Source of the DNA: Lama glama
Lineage: Eukaryota
Assembly: GCA_028534125.1 (NCBI GenBank)
Contig: CM052818.1
Location: 13,022,001-13,086,000, forward strand
DNA: 64,000 bases
Direction: 5' to 3'
Shown: positions 52,326-64,000 of the stretch, piece after piece
Layout: each line of letters starts with the position of its first letter
How positions within the stretch are numbered: position 1 is the first letter of the stretch
Position numbers and translations under genes: made by a program
The notes under the pieces: generated by a model
Told to the model about the DNA's origin: nothing
The model's database searches: none
Seen by the model: only the letters and a program-made list of their open reading frames with translations

Positions 52326-55300
52326 CTGGATTTGTTGAAAAAGAGAAGCAAATTTCACACGGAAAAGAAAAAATTTGTTAGTTATGGATAAAAACCATCG
52401 AGGAGCTCCACTTTGTAAAACCTTTAGTTTTTCCATGTCTGCATATCAGGGTGGATTAGGATACGGCAAAATCTTTTAAAATAGCTGACTGTTCTGAAAC
52501 CTATCTGGAGTCAGTTCTGCTTGATTTTCACGTGGCCATTAAGAGCAATATCACTAATAGTCAATTGAATTCATTAATGTCTAAAATAATTAGATGCATT
52601 TAGTTAATTTGGTCATTACCATAACCTGACTGTGTCAACCATTTGGACACAGTCAGTTAACTCTTGCTCCATTGTAAAGATAAGCAATATCATTAATTAC
52701 ATGCCAAATAGTCCAAATGATATGTAGACACGGCCTGTAGAAAAAAATGACTGAAAAAGATGATAGTGACAGGTGACACTGGTCAGAACCCAGGAATATG
52801 TAACATAAGAACTTTTGTTAACATTAACACTACTGACCTGACAGTTCTCGCCTGGACATGTGCCCAGGGCCTCAGAAAGGACTATGGAGACAGCTCTTTG
52901 ACGGTAGCAAAGAGAAGCAGTGGCTCCCTAACAGTGAACATATTCGAGCAACACTATTTTTCATTAGAGCAAAGTGGGGATGAGATGCTTTTAAACAGTT
53001 TTAGAAACCTATGATTCAACTTCTCTAAATTATCACTAAATGGATTGAGAATAAAATTCTTTGTAAAACATCTGTAAGGTTTTCATGTGGGGACAAAACT
53101 TTGGCTTCGAGCGCTATTTATTTTTCCCCACATCAGCTTATAAATCAAAGTGCTGATGATGAAAAAAAGAAAAAGAATGCCTTTCCTAAAAGCTCCTGTA
53201 GAATCCACACTGAACTGTAACACAGCTAAACTCCTTGGTTTTGCTGTCATCATAGTCAGTGCTGATGGCCACACCTAAAGGTGTCACCTGAGAATCTGCC
53301 CCAGTGAACAGATGAACCAAAATAATTTAAGCCTGAAGTTGGACCTTCATGTCAGCTCATAGTGACTGAGACTACAGTGATATTTACAAGAGTTCAAATC
53401 TGTAATAATCTAATTCACAAACTGACTTGCTTATTAACCCAAAACTTCTAACCATTATTACTGTGTAGATGCTGCTTCTTAAAGTAGGCTGTGACAGTGG
53501 TAAAAGGGAGCCTCACCCGAGTACTCAACTCATATTGGAGTCAGTTCACAGTCTTTGTATACTTAGAGGAAATCACTGACTGTGCTCAGTGAACATTCAT
53601 AGAAAATTGAAGAACTTCTGGAATAAACTCATTTGCCTACAAATTCAATTTATAATGCACCTCAGAGAATGTACTTCAAATCAGTTAATTTCTCCTAAAT
53701 GAAGTGAAGCTCCAATTAATAGTTGTCATGAATTTTAAAGCAAGAAATAGGTGGTGCTATTACTTTTGTGCTAATTCCTCATACTGATTTACAACACTTC
53801 CCCCAACCATGACCATAGAGTTTATTATGGTCTAGAGTTTCTAGAGGTGTTTTTTTGGTTTGTTTTTTTTAATTTATCAGAAGATGAGAAAGTGAGCCAT
53901 TGTCTTAAGTATTCTTTTCTAGATAGAAAAATCACATGATATAAATCAGCTCTAGATTGGGAGCTTTTAAAAACATGTCTAGTGGCTACACTTCTTTTTT
54001 TTACATTGAGATATTCTAAAGATGCGTTTCCCAGAGGCGATGTTTGCACATATTTCTGTTTCACGACACAGTTAGCTCATGCAAGCAAATGCATGTTCTA
54101 TATTCAAGAGCCTCCAGGCACCCGATCGAGATGCTTCAGTTGCTCAGTGTTACCCATTGGCCATGTGAGGACACTTACATGTCCTGATTATAACATAATA
54201 TCTTCCTTTCGAGATAATAAAATTTCATATGAAAATCAGAGCATGAATTCAGAGAAAACTGAAGAGCTCCTCCTTTCCTTCCCCTTCCTTCTAGGCCACA
54301 CTCACACAGCTGCATTGAGGAATTTGGGGAAGATTGCAATGCTGATCTGATTTAATAAGGCAGTGGGCGAGACAGCTTTCAGACGGTTTGGAAAGTAGGG
54401 CAGCGTGCTGAATTTGGAGTAAGTATTTGCAGACGCTAATACTACACGATGGAGGCCACTCCTTCGCTTTCCCATTTCTAAAATGCTTTTCTGATTGCTA
54501 GAGCCTGATTTGTGCTAAAGTAACAGCATGTTTAGCATGCTGCTCCCACTAAACAGTATCCAGATGCTGTCAGAGAGCAGGACGTTCATTAGTCAGTAAA
54601 CCAGAGCCCACCAGACGCAGGGCAGTGCCCCTTTTTCTGGTGCGCCTTCCTGCGAATTCCTCTCAGCTGCTCTGAGTTTTCCCAGCTGAGACAGGAAAAG
54701 CCGAATGCACCACCACTGGCTATCAGCCTGGTTCTGCCACCTCCCTTGTCAGCAGTCAGCATGTGTTTGGGAGAAGCCAGTGCATTTTGTCTAAGTTATA
54801 GCAAAGTATGGGGGGTTAAATCTACTGCTAAAACATAATCATCCTCAAGTCAGGCAAATACTGGGACGTTCTCACCTACTTCCTTACTTTACGCATGCCA
54901 AGGACAGCGTGGCCCACTCCAAAAGAGTGCACTGTCAGGCTGTTGATAAATCATTCTGAAACCAAAACCATTTTAGAAAAGCTGTGAAACCCATGTGGCA
55001 GAAGCAGGACTGAAGCACTCTCCCTAGTTTATGGCCCAGAAAGATTTGGTCAAGGCTATGAGGTAGGAATTATAGGTAATTTGAAAACCAGTGTTTCAGA
55101 CTTTCAAAATGATAAAACTTCAAGGAACTGTCTCAGTTTTTAAGATGATTTTGATTGCCTGCAGGTTCTTCTCATAGATAGGTAAATATTTCCATTGCTT
55201 ATTATTAACTTTACTTACTGGAAATCTCATTATTGGTAAAGAAAAATAAATGATAATTTTCAGCCAAATCTTTTGTTAAGTCATTGCAGAATCTGAAGTA

Positions 55301-55845
55301 AAAGCCTAAAAATTTAACAGCTTCATGATTAAGACCATATATCTATTTTCTAATACTCTATAAAGAAGCACTAAAGCATTAACTAGTTTGAAGACCTAAT
55401 TTCTATTTAGTGGTGAACAAAGTAGGTCTCTATTTCAAAACTTTTTTTAGTAAATTGCACAATGTACTTCAATTGCATAAAGAAAGAAAAATACGGTATC
55501 CTTCCTTATTTTGGCCAACTGTTAACTCCCTGTATTTGAAGACACCCATGTTACAAACACTGCACAGAAAATACCTAAAACAGTATTTTACAGACATAGA
55601 TATACATGCAGACTTCAGCTTCAATGCAGATAGATATGAATCACATTTCTCAAAACAAAATGATAAAACTAGAGATTCAACCATAAGTACTCAAACCCAT
55701 TGTTTAAAAAAATTAAAATCATACTTCAAAAATTAAGATAAAACATTACACTACAAGGGGTCAAAAAATAAAGTAGCTATGGTTAAAACAAGAGACCGTG
55801 AGGATTACCAGACTAGTAAATGAGCCACACACAACTGAAGTACTA

Positions 55846-56004
<159 letters not shown>

Positions 56005-57824
56005 TCAACAACTTTGTTATTAAAACAAAGGTCGTTTATAACTGCAGAGATGTCATTCAATATTCAATCGCACTGCCAAACGAGAATTAGCCATTTTGTT
56101 CATTTTTTTTCTAGCCTGTCCTAAGATGCTGTCAGCCTGTTCATTGGAAGACACTTGCTGCTTAACCAGCAAAAAAGCCTTAAACAAGAGCCATCTCTAC
56201 GCATGTCCAGGTGTCACTTCTGATTTACCAAAGAGAGCAATACCCCCTAAGGAATGCCCATTAAGAGCATTTCAAGAATGATTTTTGAAACTTAAAAGAT
56301 ACTGAAGAGTAGGGAATTGGTGAGTTACTCCACAGCCGAGTTAAACATGCTCACTCAGCAAGACAAATGCCATCTTCCATATGTCTTAGAAAATGCAGAC
56401 ACGTCATACTCCTGCATTAAAGAAACAGTGTCTGAAGGGAAGACCTAAAGTGGAACATTTCCCAAAGAGATTTAACCAAATTAAATGTTTTCTTTAATAA
56501 TTCTCTTACGAACTTTTAAAAATTGGAAGACAAAATAGATCACAAATGACATATTTGTAAGTTCAGTGACTCTTCCACTGAATGGCTGAAAAATCAGAAC
56601 CTGGGCATTATTGATATGACCTGTGAGAGTCAGAGTCACCCATACAGGAACTGGGAAAAAGTAAAAATGTCACTTTTTCTCGGGGTTTCTTGGGAACAAG
56701 ACTAATGGATCAGGAAAGAAAAAGAACAGCAGTTATCTACCCTCTTAGCAAAAACAATCTAATGGGAATTTTCCAAACCTGTTTTGAGGGCCTGAGAAGT
56801 TTTAATTTTTGTCCATCAACAAATCTGTACATTTTTTCATATCTAATAGATTAATAACTTCCATTTAATCGATCCTAGGGACCTAACCCCCTGAGAAGGA
56901 GCCACTGAAGAAGCATCATGTGTGGTTGCATCAAGGGAAGAAACAAGAGTGGTCTGGGACGTTAGTTCTCCAGCATCTACAGCAGAGCTTCGGTGTGCAT
57001 TTTAGGGAGAAGCTGAGCACAGCAACAGAGGTATGGGTTTTATACAAACCATACTATTCGTAGAGAATTAACTCTTGAGTTTTACAAAGATTATTTATGC
57101 AATTTGGAATATCTTCTCCCTTCCCTTGTCACTGTCATTTCTTCCTATGTCTTTGAAGGCTACCTCTGCCACCTCACAAGTCAGCTGAGGCCATGTTCCT
57201 TTCCTTATGCAACCAGATCAGGTCCTGCCCGCACTCTCACTAGCCAACAGGGAGCGGAAGTCATGGAATATGACCTTTCGGTGACTTCTCCAGCTTCTGT
57301 CCTCCACTGTGACTAATGATTAAATTAATAGCAGGCGATGACACAGGACATGCAATTATAATAGCCTCAAACCCGTCTGGGAATAAATATTTGTAAGATT
57401 TGTTCTCCTGTATTTGTAATTCGGATCAAATCAGACATAATGGATGGTACCCAACACAAATAACAGAAGGGGAACTATTTGAAGTTTCAAGATGATTAAT
57501 AGGCACACCCTCCCCACCACCAAATTTTGGACATCTTCCTCTGCAGAGATCAAATATTTCCAAAATGAAGGGAGTTATAAAGGAAGCTCTTCCCTCAATA
57601 GCTCTGGTACTCTACTGTTCTCTTTCCCTACTGGTACCACCCTTACGAACTCTTGAAAAGGCTTCTGAGATTACACAGAGTTCATGTCAACCTTCTCATG
57701 TGGGATCCACCACTGTAGTGCTGTGCTCCCTCTGACGGGTCAGCTAACTCGGCAGGGAGTGAGCCTTCCCCCTCTAGGCTGCACTCCCTTCCAGTTCATC
57801 CTTTCAGATCCTTTTGTGCTTAGT

Positions 57825-57960
57825 AATTTTTTGGGGGGTGGGTTATTTATTTGTTAGACTTAGTTAATTAATTTATTTTTAATGGAAGTTCTAGGGATTA
57901 AACTCAGGACCTCATGCATTGTGGGCATGCACTCTGACACTGAGCTATATACCTTTCCTC
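57825..57960 (-). mobile_element. tRNA-derived SINE (same family as 36180-36322, more diverged)
   Basis: tttttaatggaagttctagggattaaactcaggacctcatgcat...gcactctgacactgagctatatacc. Confidence 0.8.
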
Positions 57961-59026
57961 CTCAAATGCTTTTCTGCCCAGACCTTCTGTTTCAAAGGTT
58001 CCTTTCCAGACCTGGCAGAATGGTAGGCACGTCAATTCTAGCTTGCTTGTCCTTGGGCACGGGGCCTCTATCTTTCAGGGTATTTTGGTTTAGGAGAATA
58101 TCTGAAATAGATGATAAGTAACTTCCCTAACCCCCTGGGCAATTTAGCACTGTTTAAACTTAAGGGTAGACCAAGACTATCCTTATCTATTCAGAAAAAC
58201 ACCTTTATTAAATGAAGTATTAATAATAATAGCTATGATGGAAACTACATAATGGGAAAAAACTTTGAGGATTAAAGTTCTACTTCAAATTTGCTTTGTG
58301 AGCCATGGACTAGTAATCACTAGAAAGGTCAAAGTTCATATTTTATGTGGTTTCTTTGAGGCCACAAAGGTAACCAAATGCTTGATAGAGTCGTACACTA
58401 ACAGGTGCTAAGTAGTTTTCTAGATTATAGCAGAAACAAGCACCTCATTCTATCACATCTCATTTAGTTACTATAAAATTAAAGGTTAGGTTTCTGTGTT
58501 CTTATTAGTAGAGTCAGACTAATATCTGGAGAATTCTCTGGGCTCTGTCAATACATACTCTCAGTGGACTAAAGCATTTTCACTGAAGTGTTATCTGAAA
58601 CATGCTGAGTGAAATACTAGCACAACAATGATTTTAAACAGTCCCTTGGAGTTTATTTCAATAAGATTTTAGCCTGTTATTTAAATTGTATCTTGGCTGG
58701 CTCAGGAGACAGGAAATTTAAAGAGAAATATCTTAATAAAATTGGAAATGTGACTCCCAGCTTTGGGGATGCTTGTTTTAAAGCTACCTGTGATCACATA
58801 GTGGACACCCCACCAGTTTGAAAGGGGCAAGAGATAATTTTCTAGGCTGGCTGTTAAGACATCTGTTGGTGTCTAACAATGCATTTACATGGCCACTGAC
58901 CTTTAAACTCCTTTTCATGAAAGGTGCAGGAACATTCCTTCTCCAGTGCTTGGGGTTACTCAACTTTCTCTCCCAGACTTAGGGAAAAAACACTGAAGGC
59001 AACTGTAGAGGAGGTGACAGTCTCTA

Positions 59027-59341
<315 letters not shown>

Positions 59342-59977
59342 TCAGAAAAATACTGTTTCCCAAGTCTCAAGAAAGCAGATAGAACAAGAAGCTTAATGAA
59401 ATGAACCACAATGACCACGATGGCAAGCTTGTAACATGCACCTCTAATGAGGGAAAAAATTAAAACAAACTCACTGAATTCCGAACTGTTTTTAAAGTTT
59501 TGGGCAAAGGTATAACTAATTTTCAAGCTATCAAAAAGAGATGGATGACAATGCCAAAATGCCAGGAAAAATTTGAAGCTATTTATACAACTTAAGTTTG
59601 TTGGTTTTACTTGTGAGACATAGAGAATTAACATAAATCTTAGAAATTATTTAAATGCAATTGGGAACACACTGACCTTTTGTTAAGAAACACAGATTGG
59701 GTAGGTATATTCAATAATGCTCAGAAAAACTGACATTGCATCAAATTCTCAGCAAAATTTCTGCACACTGTAAGTATATAATAAACTAAGAGACCACCAC
59801 TGCATTAAAATTACTATTTTATGTGAGACAGATAACTAATTAATAGAAAATTTGATAATCATGCAATTCCCAAATGTCTGTACTGGTTGGAACTACAGAT
59901 ATCACATAACGGACATAAAAAGAAAATACAAAAAATTTTTTCCCTAAATTTCAGTTTTTTCCCATACCCAAACTGTA

Positions 59978-60104
59978 TTTTGTTTGGGGGTGGTAATTAA
60001 GGTTTATTTATTTTAATGGAGGTACTAGGATCAAACCTAGGACCTCATGCATGCCTAGTACACACTATACCACTTCCTGACCTTTACCCGCCCCTCCCCC
60101 ATGA
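59978..60104 (-). mobile_element. tRNA-derived SINE (same family)
   Basis: tttaatggaggtactaggatcaaacctaggacctcatgcatg, with TSD ccaaactgta at 59968-59977 and 60105-60114. Confidence 0.82.
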
Positions 60105-61874
60105 CCAAACTGTAATTTTATTAAAATGATCAGAAACAAAATGCACTCATTTGACCATAATTTCTTGGCCCTGCCAACTTTCACTAAGACCTGTATCTAA
60201 GAATGTTATGTCCTAAGGAATAAGAAAAAAAAATTTTTTAATACAGAAAATTTGCAAATATAGTCCAAAATATAGTTTCCAGTGTCCAAACGTTTAAGTT
60301 AATTTTAGGAGACTGAGAATGAATACATAATGTTTAGTTCTCATTAATCTATTATCCTAGAAGTATGTGGGTAGCCCTGGTCTCATTTTTATTTTACTCT
60401 AATTTTTGGAGGCTGAACAATAAAGAACAATAAAGAAAATGTACCATGGTCTTAAGTAAAAAAGGGGAGTAGTGATGGCCAGTAGTTGGTACTCACATTT
60501 TTCTGAATCTACAAAATCAGTACCAGTTACCTATTAAGTCAGTCACACATATTCCTCACATATAACAAACAAACAGAAAGTTACATATTTGTACGTGGAC
60601 CATAATGACCATTTCATCAAAGCAACACTGATTTAAACTTTGCTTTTTTAGTAATCATTTCACGTGCCAGTGTCTTATTTATTTCCATCATCAAAAAAGA
60701 GGTATATCCAATAATTTATAATATGGCCGATGGCTTAAAATTCACTTCCCACCCCAATCCGCATGGTTCTATTTCTGAGATGATCATTAATGCAGATTTT
60801 TGACAAATGAGGTCTCTCTTCCAATTCTGGTTCTCTTCAGGACTGATGCATCTCTCAGATCTTAACGATTTTTGGATTCAACAACCAAGTGAAACATAAA
60901 AATTCCTTTCACTCTTCTTTACTGTATAGTGAGAATAAATCTCAGTGCCTCTCCACTGTAACAAAGCTTATAATCATAACGCTGAAATCTAAGGTAACAT
61001 CTCTAACCATTTAGATGCCTGCTGGAAAGAGCACTTTCAAAAAGCAGATACAACATGCAATAGCTGTGACTTTCAGTATCTTGTAAAAGGTTCTTTTTAA
61101 ACATATTAACTATAGCTTGTATAGCATTATTAAGCTCATAAGAGGGGACAATAAACAGGCCAATTTTTATGGAAGAATAAAGTACCTGAAGATATCACCA
61201 TTTTAAAGGAAAAGGTACTCTTAGAATCAGGATTATTGACTTTCTACTCATGTTAGCAATGTCTTATTTTAATCCAGGCCATGGAAAAAATGTGTTCTGG
61301 ACCAGCCATCATTTTTGACCTTCAAGTAAAATATATCTGAATAGTATTTATAAACTAATGAAGGGTTAGCTCTTTGCTAGCTCTGCAGTTGACAATCTTG
61401 CTCTTTTCTGAAGACAGCTGTAGAAAACATAAGCCTTCAGTAATTCAGTGGTTGAAGTTGTCTCTAGCAACTTCAGAGCCTGAAGCGGGAAAACCCCAGA
61501 TTCTGACCATCCACTGGGAGGACAATTCCAAACAGCCTTAAGAAAGTCACTCCCTATTTTCTGAGGAATTCTATTTTGCTTTGTTTTCTGCAGTTTTCCA
61601 AAAATCCAAATGTATTTTAAAAAGGTCATGCACAAATGACCCTACTATTCCAACAGAAATCTGTGTACTCAGCAGCCACTTTATATATAGTTACATAGAG
61701 TAACCTGCAAATTATTTTAGGTGTAGTGATGGTCCAGCCTAAATACTAATAGCAAAGTGATGCTCTGCATCAAGACTGTGTGGGAGGTAAGTGACAGATA
61801 ATTTGCTACGTGGCAAATACTCCTTATAGGAATCACAAATTCTAATATTGTAAGCAAACACCCTAGATAGGGAA

Positions 61875-64000
61875 ACAAAAGCACACCTCAGCATAACGCA
61901 GACCATGTATGACAAGCCCACAGCTAACATCATTCTCAGTGGTGAAAAGCTGAAAGCATTTCCTCTAGGATGAGAAACAAGACAAGAATGTCCTCTCTTG
62001 CCAGTTATTCAACATGGTGTTCGAAGTCCTAGTCATAGAAATAAGACAAGAAAAAGAAATAAAAGAAATACAGATTGGAAAGAAAGAAGTAAAAGTGTCA
62101 CTGTTTGCAGATGATACTATATGGAGAAAATCCTACACACACCACCAAAAAACTAATAAAGCTCATCAATGAATTTAGCAAAGCTGCAGGAAACAAGATT
62201 AATACATATAATTTGTTGCTTTTCTATACACTAATAATGAACTATCAAAGAGAAAGTAAGGAAACAATGACACTTAAAATTGCATCAAAAGCATGAAATA
62301 CACAGGAATAAATTTAACCAAGGAGGCAAAAGACCTATAGTCTGAAAAGAATAAAATACTAATGAAGGAAATTGAGGATGATACAAACAAACGGAAGGAT
62401 ATCTCATATTCATGGGTTGGAAGAAATAATATTCTTAAAATGTCCATACGACCCCAAAGCAACCTACATATTTAATGCAATCCTATTCAAAATACCCATG
62501 ACATTTTTCACAGTACTAGAACAAATAACCCTGAAATTTAAATGGCATCACAAAAGACCCCAAATACCAAATCAATCTTAACAAAAAACCAAAGCTGGAG
62601 GTATCACACCCTGAGTTCAGAGTATTACAGAGCTACAGCAATCAAAACAGTATGGTACTGGCACAAAAACAGACAACATAGATCAATGGAACAGAATAGA
62701 GAGTACAGAAATAAACCCACACATTTATGGTCAATTAATCTATGATGAAAGAGTTAAGAATATATAATGGGGAAAAGACAGTCTCTTCAATAAATAGTGC
62801 TGGGAAAACTGAACAGCTACATGTGAAAGAATGAAATTAGAACATTCTCATACCATATACAAAAATAAACTCAAAATGGGTTAAAAACCTAAATGTAAGA
62901 CCAGAAACTATAAAACAAAGTGAAAAATAGGCAGAACACTCTGACATAAATTGTAGCAATGTTTTTTTGGGGAGAGAATCTGTCTCCTGAGGAAAACAAA
63001 AGCAAACATAAGCAAATGGGACCTAATGAAACTGCACAGCAAGGGAAACCATCAACAAAGTGAAAAGACAACTTATTTAATGGGAAAAATATTTTCAAAT
63101 GATATGACCAATAAGGGATTAATATTCAAAATATATAAGCAGCTCATAAAATTCAGTATCAAAAAACAACCTGATTAAAAAATGGACAGAAGACCTGAAT
63201 AGACATTTTTCCAAAGAAGACACAGAGATGGCCAGCAGGCACACAAAAAGATGCTCAACATCATTAATCATCAGAGAAATGCAAATCAAAACCAAAATGA
63301 GATACCACCTAGAATGGTTATCATCAAAAAGACCACGAATAACAAATGTTGATGAGGATGTGGAGAAAAGGGAATCTTTGTACACTATTGGTGGGAAAGT
63401 AAATTGGTGCAGACACTATGGAAAACAGTAAGGAGATTCCTCAAAAAATTAAAAACAGAACTACCATATGATCCAGCAATTCCACTCCTAGCTATTTATC
63501 CAAAGAAAATGAAAACAGTAATCTGAAAAGATAAATGCACCCCTATATTCACTGCAGCATTATTTACAATAGTTAAGATATGGAAGCAACCTAAGTGCTC
63601 ATCAATAGATAAATGGATAAAGATCATGTGAGATATATGTATATAAATGAAATATTACTCAGCCATAAAAAAGAATGAAAATTTGCCATTTCCAACAACA
63701 TGGACAGAACTGGAAAGTGTTATGCCTAGTGGAATAAAGTAGGGAAAGAAAAACACTGATGTTATCATTTATATGTGGAATCTTAAAAAAAAAAAGGATG
63801 AATATAACTAAATAGAAACAGACTCATAGATGTAGAGAAAAAAACTAGTAGATGCCAGTGGGGCAAGGAAAGGGGAAGGGCAAGGTAGGGGTAGGGGGTT
63901 AGGAGGTACAAACTACTAGGTATTGAAATAAATAAGCTAAAAGAATATATTGTGCAGTATAAGGAATATAGCCAATAATTTATAATAACTTTAAATGGAG
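61875..64000 (+). mobile_element. 5'-truncated L1 (ORF2 RT/C-terminal region and 3' UTR), intronic and antisense to CCDC85A
   Basis: atgacaagcccacagctaacatcattctcagtggtgaaaagctgaaagcatttcctct, ctgtttgcagatgat (LFADD motif), and ORF 63228..63431 ([16 protein letters not shown]). Many frameshifts. Confidence 0.93.

Overview
Mammalian genomic DNA, not prokaryotic. The tRNA-derived SINEs look camelid-type, which is an inference. The right third holds the 3' end of CCDC85A on the minus strand: four coding exons (59177-59311, 55873-55992, 52227-52325, 48182-48271) and a 3' UTR of about 1.8 kb ending near 46410. The rest is intergenic and rich in transposable elements (L1, L2, MIR, MaLR/ERV LTRs, MER5/20/58, MADE2), with a 500-N assembly gap. 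There are two pseudogenes. One is a classic RPL21 retrocopy with TSD and poly(A), lying inside an L1. The other is an unusual partial APBA1 (Mint1/X11-alpha) copy: it has only the large first coding exon, retains an upstream splice acceptor, and joins non-canonical sequence exactly where that exon should end. Other structure includes a ~125-bp-arm inverted duplication at 17.1-17.9 kb and a deeply nested L1/L1/SINE/retrocopy cluster at 31-42 kb. I see no evidence of a wholly new multi-gene system; the APBA1 copy and the inverted duplication are the best leads. Gene and repeat identities come from recalled sequences, and repeat boundaries and subfamilies are by-eye estimates.
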